Numbered from the stretch's first letter, positions 29,412 through 40,120 are shown. The stretch: 64,000 nucleotides of DNA from Minisyncoccia bacterium (GCA_041730535.1 JBGSBO010000001.1:19843-83842), one strand, 5' to 3'. Notes: generated by a model not told the origin, from the sequence alone. Program-made: numbers and translations.

Positions 29412-29650
29412 TTAGTGAAATTCATGTTCGTATTGGTTTACCTGCACATTATGTTAATGTTGCATTTAGTTATGTTCGAGGTTTTTTAAAAAAAGTTTTA
29501 ATAAAAGAAAAAAAATATGAAGTTCTAAGTTCTGTTGATAAAATAATAGATATTAATTTAGATGTTTTAACTATTGCTTATAGAGAAGAAGAACAAAGTA
29601 AACTTGTAGATGATATTGTATTTTTAGAAAATATATATACAAAAAAATAA
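29411..29650 (+). pseudogene. Internal fragment of a protoglobin/globin-sensor-domain gene
   Basis: Start-less frame ISEIHVRIGLPAHYVNVAFSYVR...VDKIIDINLDVLTIAY; HVRIGL is the proximal-His motif of sensor globins. Confidence 0.7.
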
Positions 29651-29701
29651 ATGAGTGTAAAAAACCAAAAAATATTATTTTTGAAATATTAGAATCTGAT
29701 T

Positions 29702-31414
29702 TCATATTAGTAATAAATATAAAATAATAAATAAAAGAATAAAAGTAGTACTTTTCCAAAATATAATTGGATTTCTTTCAATCAATGCTGGTTTTTTCTT
29801 ATTTAAAAATTTTCTATTTGGATGAGTAAAATCAAATAAAAATTCAGATAATTCGTCATACCTATTATTTGGATTTATTTGTAAAGCTTTTTTTAACGTT
29901 TCATCAATCCAAATAGGAAACATTGGATATAAAGGATTATATTTTAGTTTATTTTGAGAAGTTTTTGAAGTACAACGTGCAACTTGTACTCCATATGGAA
30001 ACTCACCACTTAACATTTGATATGTAATAACTCCAAGTGAAAATAAATCACTTTTTGAAGTTCCTATTTCACCTAGAAAATATTCAGGAGCGCAATAAAG
30101 AGCAGTTCCTAAAAGGTTTTCTTGTTTTATAAATTTGTCTGTTTCAATAATACCTTCAACTCTAGTTGCTCCAAAATCAATAATCTTAACACTATTAGAA
30201 CTATCAATCATAATATTTTCAGGTCGCAAATCTTGATGTATCATTTCTAGTTTATGAAATGCCATTAAGCCTTTTGCAATTTGTTCGATTATATCTCTTA
30301 CAATTTCAATTTTTGGTTTTGGATTATCTATCATCCATTGGGTTAAGGTTTGACCTTTTATATATTCTGTGACATTATAAAGATAGTTTCTTTTTCTTGT
30401 TTGTAAATATGCTTTAACAACATATGCACTATTTATTCTTCTTGCAATCCACTCTTCAAGTAAAAATCGTTCCAAATAAGCTTTATCATCTTTTAAGTCA
30501 ATAGATGGAATTTTAATAACAATTAAATCCTGAGATTCAATATCTTTTGCAAGATAAATATGACTTCTACTTGTATTACTAATTTCTCTTAATATTTCAT
30601 ATCCATCAAAAATCATTCTAGCTTCTAAAAGTGGAGGTAGTGGTCTTTCTTGAAGTTGGGCATGAGTTTCATCTATGTTTTTATTTGGAAGTTTATCAAC
30701 TTTTAAAATCTGGATTGTTAAGTTATCATCACTTTGGTTTTCATAGGCTAAATCAACGATTATTTTGGCTTTTGTATCTAAATCTTCTTTATTTTCATTT
30801 ATAATTTTAATCAAAATCTCTTCGCTTACAAATTCATAAACTCCATCTGTCATAAATAAAAATATATCATTTTCTTCAACTTGAAAGTTTTTATAATCTA
30901 TATTTAACTGGGAATCCATTCCCATTGCGCGGCTTAAATAACTTTTTTCTTTAGAAATCCAAACTCTATGATCTGTTGTTAGAACTTCAAGCTTATTTTC
31001 TCTTAATCTATAAATTCTACTATCTCCCAAATTTAAAATATGAGCCGTTGTTGATTTGATTATCATTGCACTAAAGGTACATACATAACCTTTGTTCATA
31101 TCAAGATGAAATTTATCTTGTCTATTTTGTGAATATAACCATGAATTTGTAGCAGTTAAAACTGTTTGTGCTGATTTTTTAACACTCCATGATTCTGACG
31201 TTGAAAAATAATCTTCCAAAAAAGAGATTACAGATACTTTACTTGCTTCTTGACTAACTTGGCTACTACTAATTCCATCAGCAATAGCAACTGCAATACC
31301 TTTATTTGTAAGTTGAGGTTCAAGGGGAATATGAACTTCATGAAAATCTTGATTGATTTCTTTTCTGCCTTTAGAAGAGTATTGTCCAAGTGATACTTTT
31401 AATTGATTTTGCAT
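29702..31414 (-). CDS. Bifunctional PP2C phosphatase / Ser-Thr kinase
   Basis: ADGISSS, GDSRIY, TDGV and DDNLT, then kinase motifs VIKIP, HQDLRPEN, DFG and APE. Confidence 0.92.
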   Translation of the reverse strand: MQNQLKVSLGQYSSKGRKEINQDFHEVHIPLEPQLTNKGIAVAIADGISSSQVSQEASKVSVISFLEDYFSTSESWSVKKSAQTVLTATNSWLYSQNRQDKFHLDMNKGYVCTFSAMIIKSTTAHILNLGDSRIYRLRENKLEVLTTDHRVWISKEKSYLSRAMGMDSQLNIDYKNFQVEENDIFLFMTDGVYEFVSEEILIKIINENKEDLDTKAKIIVDLAYENQSDDNLTIQILKVDKLPNKNIDETHAQLQERPLPPLLEARMIFDGYEILREISNTSRSHIYLAKDIESQDLIVIKIPSIDLKDDKAYLERFLLEEWIARRINSAYVVKAYLQTRKRNYLYNVTEYIKGQTLTQWMIDNPKPKIEIVRDIIEQIAKGLMAFHKLEMIHQDLRPENIMIDSSNSVKIIDFGATRVEGIIETDKFIKQENLLGTALYCAPEYFLGEIGTSKSDLFSLGVITYQMLSGEFPYGVQVARCTSKTSQNKLKYNPLYPMFPIWIDETLKKALQINPNNRYDELSEFLFDFTHPNRKFLNKKKPALIERNPIIFWKSTTFILLFIILYLLLI

Positions 31415-31502
31415 AATATTTTTGCTACTTTCTAGTAATTTTATAAAGCCTTCAATTTAATGAAGGCTTGAAAAATAACCAAGATTTATAAATTTTAATT
31501 GA

Positions 31503-32315
31503 TTATTTTAAGTTTCTTTTTGCACCTGTTTTTACATGAGTTGCATATAAAGTAAGTCCTGTAAATGCTAAACCACCAACTAAGTTACCTAAAGCAACTG
31601 GTAATTCATTCCATAATAAATAATCAGTAATTGTAAAATTACCACCCATAATCATAGAAAATGGAAATAAAAACATATTTACAATAGAGTGTTCAAATCC
31701 CATAAAAAAGAACAGCATAATAGGCATCCACATCGCAATAGCTTTACCACTAACTGTTGTTGAAACCATAGCTCCCACAACACCCATTGATACCATCCAG
31801 TTGCATAACATACCTCTTATAAATACAGTTAACCATCCCCAAATACCATGTTCTTGATAACCAAGAGTTCTAGCTTCACCAATACTTCCTATTTTTTCCC
31901 CAACTTCACCTGGGGGAACTTGATAACCATAAGTTAAAATAAATGAAATCATAAATGCAACAATCAACGCTCCAGCAAAGTTACCAATAAAAACTAATCC
32001 CCAGTTTCGTAAAACTTGATTTACAGTAACTCCTGGACGTTTGTCAATTAAAGCTAATGGTACTAAAACAAAAACTCCTGTTAATAAGTCAAATCCCATA
32101 AGATATAACATAATAAATCCAACTGGAAATAATACAGCTCCCAATAGTGGTGAACCTGTTTTCATTGAAACAGTAATAGCAAAAGCAGCTGCAAGTGCTA
32201 AAATTGCTCCTGCCATAAATGCTCTAATAAGAGTATCTTTTGTTGACATATAAACTTTTGATTCCCCTGAATCAATCATTTTTGTTACAAATTCAGATGG
32301 TGCTAAATAAGACAT
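31503..32315 (-). CDS. Formate/nitrite transporter family channel (NirC-like)
   Basis: FPVG, DLLTG, GNFAG, CNWMV, FEHSIVNMF and GNLVGG motifs. Confidence 0.92.
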   Translation of the reverse strand: MSYLAPSEFVTKMIDSGESKVYMSTKDTLIRAFMAGAILALAAAFAITVSMKTGSPLLGAVLFPVGFIMLYLMGFDLLTGVFVLVPLALIDKRPGVTVNQVLRNWGLVFIGNFAGALIVAFMISFILTYGYQVPPGEVGEKIGSIGEARTLGYQEHGIWGWLTVFIRGMLCNWMVSMGVVGAMVSTTVSGKAIAMWMPIMLFFFMGFEHSIVNMFLFPFSMIMGGNFTITDYLLWNELPVALGNLVGGLAFTGLTLYATHVKTGAKRNLK

Positions 32316-32496
32316 TGTTTTCTCCTTGTTTTTTATAACTCGTATAAATACTTAAGTATCTTTTACATGAAGTAATTAAAACAAACAAAGTGAGGAAAAA
32401 AGTGTGAAAATAAAAGAAAGCTGTATAAAATATAGACATTGATTTAAATATGTTCTGTTTACTTTGTTTTATAATAAAAATAAAAAAGGTTAAGAA

Positions 32497-34032
32497 ATTA
32501 AAAAATCTATAATATATCTATTTATATTCTTTTTATTGTCACTATTTTTTATAATTGGTTATACAATTAAAAACTCTTACAAAATACAAGAACAACTTTT
32601 AACAGATAGTTTAAAAAATAAAGCAATAGCAATTTTTGATTTAATAGTTGATATGAGGCATTGGAATGCTCAGTATGATGGAGTTTATGTAAAATCAGAG
32701 AAATTAGAACCAAATCAATATTTAAATCCAAACTCTATAAAATCTGAAAAAGGTGAAACAATGGTTTGGGTAAATCCTGCATTTATGACTAGGCAAATAT
32801 CTGACATTGCAAGTCTTAGAGATGGTTTTAAACTAAAAATTACAAGTAATAAACTTATAAATAAAAATAATGCACCAGATGCTGATGAAAAAAAGATTTT
32901 AGATCATTTTGATAAGAATCCAAATATTCCATATTGGTGGGAAATAAAAGATAATGAATTTAAATTTATGGGAGCACTTCAAACTGAGCAAGCATGTTTG
33001 GTTTGTCATGCAAAACAAGGCTATAAAGTAGGGGATATAAGAGGTGGAATTAGTGTAACTTTTGATGTAACAAAAGAGTTTGAACAATTAAATGAGATAA
33101 ATAAAGATAAAGAACAAACAATTATATTTTTAATAATTGCTGCAATTGGAGTAATTATAACTTTACTTATTCATGAAAATACAAGAAGAATAAATGAACA
33201 AAAAATCTCAAAGTTAAATGAATCACTAGAAATAAAAGTAAAAGAACTGGATGATTTTAATCAAACATTACATAATAAAGTAAAAATTGAAATTGAAAAA
33301 CAAAGGGAAAAAGAAAATTTATTAATCCAACAATCAAAATTAGCTGCCCTAGGAGAAATGATAGGAAATATAGCCCATCAATGGAGACAGCCAATAAGTG
33401 CAGTTAGTGCTATTATCATGAATATAAAATGGACAGCAATTTCTTTAGGAGTTGATAAAAAATTTTTAGATGAAAGAATGAATGAAGCAAATGAACAACT
33501 CAAATATATGTCTCAAACTATAGAAGATTTTAGGACTTTTTTTAAACCCAATAAAGAAAAAGAGTATTTTGATTTAAAAGTTGAGGTTAGAAAAGCATAT
33601 AAAATTTTAAAAGCAATACTTGAGCATAATAATATTGATTTACAAATATTTTCTAAAACTAATATTGAAGTATATGGTTATGCAAATGAATTTTCCCAAG
33701 TTGTTTTAAATATTATTTCCAATGCAAAAGATGTTTTAATTCAAAGAAATATTAATAAACCAAAAATAGAAATATATTTGCATACTGATGAAAATAATAT
33801 TTATTGCGAAATTATAGATAATGCAGGTGGAATAGATGAAAAATTTATAGGAAGAATTTTTGAACCATATTTCACTACAAAAGAACATAGTGGAACGGGG
33901 ATTGGATTGTATATTTCAAAAGAGATTATTCAAAAACATATGCAAGGAACACTTGAAGTTAATAATATAGAAGATGGAGCAAATTTTATAATTTGCCTGC
34001 CTATAAAAAAGGATGAAAATGCAAATACTTGA
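32497..34032 (+). CDS. Sensor histidine kinase with periplasmic c-type heme (DUF3365-like) domain; probable ATT start at 32497
   Basis: NPAFMTRQ, CLVCH, IRGGISV, H-box AHQWRQP, DNAGGI, GTGIGL. Frame is open upstream of the listed TTG to an ATT preceded by AAAGGT. Confidence 0.88.
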   Translation: MKKSIIYLFIFFLLSLFFIIGYTIKNSYKIQEQLLTDSLKNKAIAIFDLIVDMRHWNAQYDGVYVKSEKLEPNQYLNPNSIKSEKGETMVWVNPAFMTRQISDIASLRDGFKLKITSNKLINKNNAPDADEKKILDHFDKNPNIPYWWEIKDNEFKFMGALQTEQACLVCHAKQGYKVGDIRGGISVTFDVTKEFEQLNEINKDKEQTIIFLIIAAIGVIITLLIHENTRRINEQKISKLNESLEIKVKELDDFNQTLHNKVKIEIEKQREKENLLIQQSKLAALGEMIGNIAHQWRQPISAVSAIIMNIKWTAISLGVDKKFLDERMNEANEQLKYMSQTIEDFRTFFKPNKEKEYFDLKVEVRKAYKILKAILEHNNIDLQIFSKTNIEVYGYANEFSQVVLNIISNAKDVLIQRNINKPKIEIYLHTDENNIYCEIIDNAGGIDEKFIGRIFEPYFTTKEHSGTGIGLYISKEIIQKHMQGTLEVNNIEDGANFIICLPIKKDENANT

Positions 34033-34699
34033 TAGATTAAAAAATAAAACTATTCTACTTGTTGAAGATGAAAAAATAATAAGAGAAAATATCGCTTCAA
34101 TGTTAAAATTCTTTTTTAAAGAAGTATATACCGCAATTGATGGATATGATGGTTTAGATAAGTATGAAAATTATCTTCCAGATATTATTATGACAGATTT
34201 AAAAATGCCCAATATGGGTGGATTTGAGCTAATAAAAGAGTTAGAAAAAAGAGCTTGTAGTTCTTACACAATAATAGTTTCAGCACATACAGATACAGAA
34301 CTTTTGCTTGAAGCTATAAATAAAGGTGTAAATAGATATTTAATTAAACCAATAACAGAAGATGAACTTTTTGAAGCATTTAATGCTTATTTTGAGAAAT
34401 TAGATAAGACAACTCCTCAAAGTGTAGAGTTAGAATCAAATATCTATTTTGATTTAAATAAAAATCAAATGATAATTGATAATGAAGAGTTACATTTAAA
34501 TAAAAAAGAGACTCAGTTTATGAAATTGCTTTGTAGTGATATAAATAAAACCTTTTCCTATGAAGAAATAGAGTATCAAGTTTGGGGAAGTGATTCTATG
34601 AGTTTAAGTGCCATTAGAAGTGTTGTTAGAGATTTGAGAAAGAAAATAGGACAAGATTATATTATTAATATTTCAGGGGTAGGGTATCGGCTGAGGTAG
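34013..34699 (+). CDS. OmpR-family response regulator
   Basis: LLVEDE, TDLKMP and KP receiver motifs; winged-helix end LRKKI...GVGYRL. Confidence 0.92.
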   Translation: MKMQILDRLKNKTILLVEDEKIIRENIASMLKFFFKEVYTAIDGYDGLDKYENYLPDIIMTDLKMPNMGGFELIKELEKRACSSYTIIVSAHTDTELLLEAINKGVNRYLIKPITEDELFEAFNAYFEKLDKTTPQSVELESNIYFDLNKNQMIIDNEELHLNKKETQFMKLLCSDINKTFSYEEIEYQVWGSDSMSLSAIRSVVRDLRKKIGQDYIINISGVGYRLR

Positions 34700-34723
34700 A
34701 TTTTTTAGAGAGAGTTTAAAATT

Positions 34724-35989
34724 CTATCTCAGCATTAATAAACTAATTTGGTATTCAATATTTCCTTTACACTCTTTAATAATAGATTCTTCCAGATTAA
34801 TCTCTTTTGCTCTATCTTCAAAAGTTTGAATTACTTCAATTGTTTTATTTATAATCTCTAAAGCTTTTGAGTTTTTTATAGAATGTAATTTTGCAATTTT
34901 TAGCAAATCATCCATTTTAAAATCTTTAGATTTTCCACCAATTGTTGTTAAGTGTTGAGTAGCCATTCCTTTTGAATAAGTTATATCATAAGCAGGAGAT
35001 AAAGACCAAATTCCTTTTTTATTCATAATAAAAGAGAAGTTTTTTGTATGGTCATCATAATTTAAAGCTAAAACATTAAATACTATTCTTTTAAATAACT
35101 CTTCAATATCCTCTTGTGAATTACACAATTTTCGAGTTAAAATAAAAAGATTCTCATAAGATGTAACTTGAGCAACAGATATATCAATATGCATAAGTCC
35201 TGATGCTGTGCAAATATGAAGTTTATTATCTTCTTCATCCCTATCAAATCTTTCAACTACTAAATGATGCATACCATTTTCTTCAATTAATTTAAAATTT
35301 GCAGTATGGATTCCTACTTCTTTAGCTATTTGCATAAATATATATTCTAGTTTTGTTAAACCAATACTTTCATTTTCATAATAAACTTCATCAAATTTGA
35401 TTATTGCTCTTTTATAGCCCTTTTGAAGTTTCTGAGTATTTAATTTTATAGTATTGTTTACTTCATTATATAAAACAAGCATTTTTGGTCTACCTCCACC
35501 AACACTTGAAACACTATCTAAAATATTCATCAAGTTTGTTATTGATGATTCTTTATTGGTGATGTTTTTTTTCATCTCTTCGTAGGCTTCTTTTGCATTT
35601 AATATGTTAGTTATATCAGTTATATTATCTTCGTGTTCTTTTGGTCGGTATTCAATTGCCCCCATTCCTCTATCACCTATGAAAGCCAATTTATGTAAAA
35701 GAGTAATTTGATGAGGTTTTAAATCTCGTCTTTCAAAGTATCTATCAATAAAAGCCATTCCATGTTTGTCAGGCAAAGAATCAAAAAATACACCAGCTAG
35801 TCCAGCATATAAAGAAATATTATCTTGATTTGAATATGCTTTGATAGTTTTTTGAGTATGAAGTTTGATAGGTGAAATTTCTAAACCTAAAGATTTAAAA
35901 GTTTCATCATATTCAAAATAAATAGTTCCATTATGGTGTATTAAAGTTCCAATTTTATGACCATAAATATATGCTTCTATTTCTGTCAT
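34724..35989 (-). CDS. hipA: HipA-family toxin kinase
   Basis: N-terminal coupled domain (DSLPD), SVGGGRPK, IIKFD, ERFDR, NYDDHTKNFS, LSPAYD. Confidence 0.9.
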   Translation of the reverse strand: MTEIEAYIYGHKIGTLIHHNGTIYFEYDETFKSLGLEISPIKLHTQKTIKAYSNQDNISLYAGLAGVFFDSLPDKHGMAFIDRYFERRDLKPHQITLLHKLAFIGDRGMGAIEYRPKEHEDNITDITNILNAKEAYEEMKKNITNKESSITNLMNILDSVSSVGGGRPKMLVLYNEVNNTIKLNTQKLQKGYKRAIIKFDEVYYENESIGLTKLEYIFMQIAKEVGIHTANFKLIEENGMHHLVVERFDRDEEDNKLHICTASGLMHIDISVAQVTSYENLFILTRKLCNSQEDIEELFKRIVFNVLALNYDDHTKNFSFIMNKKGIWSLSPAYDITYSKGMATQHLTTIGGKSKDFKMDDLLKIAKLHSIKNSKALEIINKTIEVIQTFEDRAKEINLEESIIKECKGNIEYQISLLMLR

Positions 35990-36294
35990 TTGATAGCCTT
36001 TTTTACTCTTTGTTTGATTTTTGATTTCTTTTCATCTCTTATTTCATCTATTGAATTAAACTCTTGAATAAATAATAGAGCTTCAATATTTGAAGTCATA
36101 TCAAGAGCAAATAATAGTTTTAATATATTTTCAAAAGAGGTACTTTTATTTTTAATAAATTTACCATATCCTGAAGCAGAAAGCCCCGCTTTTTTATATA
36201 AATCAGCCTGGGTCATATTTTTTCTGATTCTTTGTTTTTCAATATTCTCAACAAGCTTTTCCATAACTTCATAAGGAGTCATAAACTCTATCAT
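35986..36294 (-). CDS. XRE-family HTH antitoxin (HipB-like)
   Basis: RIRKNMTQADL..KAGLS HTH; overlaps the hipA start. Confidence 0.85.
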   Translation of the reverse strand: MIEFMTPYEVMEKLVENIEKQRIRKNMTQADLYKKAGLSASGYGKFIKNKSTSFENILKLLFALDMTSNIEALLFIQEFNSIDEIRDEKKSKIKQRVKKAIK

Positions 36295-36478
36295 AATTAT
36301 TCCTTTTGTGGTAATTATATAGATTTTTTTAATATAATTATTTTAATTGGAATAATTATAACAGATAATATAATGATTGTTAGAATAATTTATTTTTTTA
36401 ATATACTTAATTGATAATTTTATGAAATAGACATAATATTTTAATTAGAATGTTCGTATATAATAAAATTGGAGTTTT

Positions 36479-37828
36479 ATGCTAAAACAAAATTATGAAG
36501 AACTAAAAAAAAGAAAAAAAATACTTTCAGCGGTAGATGTATTGGGCTCATTTGATTTTTTAACTTACACTATTTCTCTCGATTCTTTAAATTTAAATGA
36601 TATTAAAATATTATTAGATGTGAAAAATATTGGTCAGTCGGAAATAAATTATAAATATAGAAAAGTTTTTTGTTTAGCTGTTCATGAATATACTCATTTT
36701 GTTGATGCTAGTTCTACAATTTGGGGGATAAATCATTTGTATTTAATGAATGAAGCTTATTTATCAAGTGATAGCTATAAAAGAGACCCTGAACAATTCT
36801 ATAAAGCAAAAGAATTTCATACACATATAACAAAAATAAAGTATCCAAAATATTACAATATTATTGGAAAAGTTGAAAATCCTTTTCCTTGGGGAGCAAA
36901 TCCTACAATGGGATTACTTTTTGGAGCAGATGGAAAACTTACTGATGAGGGTATTGTATTTATGAGATTTTATACTACCTCAAAAGCAGAAATAGCAAGA
37001 ACTCCTATTTCTGCTGTATCAATTCTTGAAGCTTCTGCTATGGCAAATGAAATATTTGCTAAAGTTAATTTAGTAAATAAGATTACTTTAAAAGAAGATG
37101 CGATTTTAGCAAATAAAGATTTACATAATGAAGTTATGTCATTTCTTTATAATAAAGAATTAACAGAATATTCTGCTTGTGTTCATATGCTTGCAAATCA
37201 GCAACAGTGTAAAGATGTTTTACAAGCTTTTTATCTTGTATCTTTACTTACAAGAATTGTTCTAAATACTACAGAATCGGTGTTTAATAAAATTCTTGAA
37301 CTTAATATATTTAAAGAGATATTTCAAATCAAGGATGAAGAATCAACACATTATATTAGAATAAAACAAGGATTGATTTATAAAAATATGGGAATGTTAT
37401 ATTATTTATTAGTTTCAGGATTACCTAAAAATTCTTATTTAACTCCTGACTTAGCAATAAAAGGAGTTTCTATTTCACTTAGTAAACTAGGTTTAGATAT
37501 TGATTTTATAAAAGAATCTGCACTTAAAGAATTTAATAAAAAATGTGATGAAATAGAAACTACTCAAATTACTCCATTAAAAAAATTATCTATTATTGCA
37601 AGAAAAAATTTTAATATGATTGATATTCAAAAAATATCATTACCTTTTGATAAATTGCATTTACCAAGAGTAATATTAAATGATTTTGATGAAGATGATA
37701 ATATAGCTGAAGCTTTAATGTTTCCTAATGAAGATAATCTATTAAAAGATTTTAATATTGATGAATCCTATTCTGAATTAGCAAAAGGTGTAGAATGGGT
37801 TTATCGATTTAGTGAAAGTTGTGTTTAA
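36479..37828 (+). CDS. Hypothetical protein with an HExxH zinc-metallopeptidase-like motif
   Basis: LAVHEYTHFVD plus a downstream SILEASA glutamate; GGAG RBS. Confidence 0.65.
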   Translation: MLKQNYEELKKRKKILSAVDVLGSFDFLTYTISLDSLNLNDIKILLDVKNIGQSEINYKYRKVFCLAVHEYTHFVDASSTIWGINHLYLMNEAYLSSDSYKRDPEQFYKAKEFHTHITKIKYPKYYNIIGKVENPFPWGANPTMGLLFGADGKLTDEGIVFMRFYTTSKAEIARTPISAVSILEASAMANEIFAKVNLVNKITLKEDAILANKDLHNEVMSFLYNKELTEYSACVHMLANQQQCKDVLQAFYLVSLLTRIVLNTTESVFNKILELNIFKEIFQIKDEESTHYIRIKQGLIYKNMGMLYYLLVSGLPKNSYLTPDLAIKGVSISLSKLGLDIDFIKESALKEFNKKCDEIETTQITPLKKLSIIARKNFNMIDIQKISLPFDKLHLPRVILNDFDEDDNIAEALMFPNEDNLLKDFNIDESYSELAKGVEWVYRFSESCV

Positions 37829-37842
37829 ATACTATACTGTTT

Positions 37843-37878
37843 TTGAGAGATGAATTAATTTCTCTCAATTGTTTTTTT
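37843..37878 (+). terminator. Intrinsic terminator between convergent genes
   Basis: TTGAGAGA...TCTCTCAA stem followed by a T-run. Confidence 0.55.
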
Positions 37879-37892
37879 ACAATATAATAGTA

Positions 37893-39677
37893 CTAAACCC
37901 TCTCAATCCTAACAGCACTATGATTATAATCAGGTTGCAGTGAGTCTTTATCGTATAAATCGTGTGTTAGGTAGTTTATATCTCTATTACTTATTGGCAT
38001 AAAAATTGTGTCGATTCTTATATCTTCTGTTAGAATAGCCTTTGATTCTATTTCTCCTCTAATTGATGAGATTTTTATTGTATCTCCATCTTGGATTCCA
38101 AACTGTTTTGCGTTTGTTGGGTGAATTTCACAAAAATTTAGCTCTTTGTATTTTAGTAGAGTTCTTGGAAGATTTGTTTTTGTTCCACTATGCCATTGGT
38201 CTCTTGTTCTTCCCGTTAATAAAGTTAGAGGATATTTTAGGCTTGTTTTTTCACTTAATAGTTTATTTTCCACAAAAAATAGATTTGCTTTTTTGTCTTT
38301 TGTTAGGAATTCTCTGTTTTCTCTGATTTTTTCTCCCCAAATAAATGGCTCACGTGAGAGATTATCATAGGAAGCTTCATAGATATTTAGGTGTGGATTT
38401 AGTTTTGTCATCTCTTGATACTCTTCAAATATCTCTTTTGTTGAGGTAAAATTGAAGGCCTCTTTGTATCCTAATTTTTGAGCAATCATTTGAAATATTT
38501 CCCAATCAGGAAGGCAATCTATTGAAGTTCTTGTTAGTTTTTCTTGTTTTGTGATTGTTCGGTCAAGATTTGTTTGAGTTCCTTCTTTTTCTCCCCAAGG
38601 TGCAGCTGGCAGCCTGATGTGGGCAAATTTTGCACTCTCAGAGTTTTCATAGGCATTTATTTCCACAACCATTGGAATTTTTTTCATTAGTTCTTCCATT
38701 TTATTTCTATTTGGAAGATGATAAATTGGGTCTGTGTGACAGATAATCAAAACATCAAGATTTGATTCAAGCATTTGAGTGGCTGTTAGTCCTACTTTAT
38801 CTGAAACTTTTGACGTTTTCCAAAACTCATTTACTTTTTTGATTGATTCTTTATCAAATCCTAAATGAACAGCCAACATTGTTGAAAGTCCACCAACTTC
38901 CCGTCCTCCCATTGCATTTGGTTGACCAGTTAGTGAAAATGGTCCATTTCCTTTTGTGAATATTTTTCCAGTTAAAAGGTGAGTATTTATGATAGCTAGA
39001 TTTTTATCAACACCTTGTGATGATTGATTTATTCCCATAGTCCAAGCTGTTATGATGTTTTCATTATCTTTGTACATCTGCCAAAACTCTTCGAATTGTT
39101 CGGCACTTAAACCTGTTCTTTTTAGCATTTTTGTAACGGGAACTCTTTTGAATTTGTTTTTTAATAGCTCATAATTATTTACATTTTCTTCTACAAATTT
39201 TTCATGAACTAAACCTTCATCGATAATTCTTTTTGATACCAAATTCCAAAAGTCAATATCACTTCCTGGTTTTATAGGAAGAAATAAATCGGCTATTTTT
39301 GCAGTATCTGTAAATCGTGGGTCAATTACGATAATTTTTAAACCTTGTTTTTTTGCAGTTTTAATTCTATTGTGAAAAACAACATGAGCTTCTGCTGTAT
39401 TTGCTCCAACTAAAATAAGTAAATTAGCATCATGTACATCATTCATTCTCACTGGAACATAATCAGCTCCAATAGATTTTTTATAAGCAACAACAGCACT
39501 TGACATACAAGTTCGGCTGTTTGTATCTACGTTATTTGTTCCAATAAAACCTTTCATTAGTTTATTGGCAATATAATAATCTTCAGTTAAAAGCTGACCT
39601 GAAAGATAAAATCCAACTTTTTCTTTTGGAGATATTGCAATTTGTGTGGCGATTTTACTTATTGCATTACTCCATGG
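37893..39677 (-). pseudogene. nasA: Assimilatory nitrate reductase catalytic subunit lacking its N-terminal 4Fe-4S region
   Basis: YLSGQLLTEDYY, NNVDTNSRTCMSSA, SLTGQPNAMGGREVGG and TGRTRDQWH. Homology begins at ...WSNAI; no CxxCxxxC and no start codon. Confidence 0.85.
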
Positions 39678-40093
39678 TAAATCTTGATCATGCAAAAGAT
39701 AAATTTCCAGGAGAAATAAGTGGTGGAATGAAACAAAGAGTTGGAATCGCAAGAGCTTTATCAATCAAACCAGATGTTTTACTTATGGATGAGCCTTTTG
39801 GAGCATTGGATTCACTTACACGGGCAAATTTACAAGAGCATTTAATGAGAATTCAAGAGAGCGTTCAAAATACAGTTATTATAATTACCCATGATATTGA
39901 TGAAGCAGTTTTATTAAGTGATAGGGTTATTATGATGACAAATGGACCAAGTGCAACAATTGGGGAAATTTTAGAAGTTAATATTCCAAGACCACGAGAT
40001 AGAGTTGCACTTCAAAGTAATCTTGAATATATTAGATGTCGAGAATCTATTTTAGATTTTTTATATAAAAAATTTGCAAAAGACCATGAATAA
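39674..40093 (+). pseudogene. Nitrate ABC transporter ATPase (NrtC/D-like), C-terminal half only
   Basis: EISGGMKQRVGIARAL, MDEPFGALD, ITHDIDEA and MMTNGP present; Walker A absent. Confidence 0.85.
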
Positions 40094-40120
40094 AGTTAAA
40101 GTAGCTAAATAGCTACTTTA

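Noticed and set aside
39626-39764. N-terminal extensions of ORFs 37893..39764 and 39626..40093
   Set aside because: Each is antisense read-through of the other truncated gene beyond the CCATGG junction.
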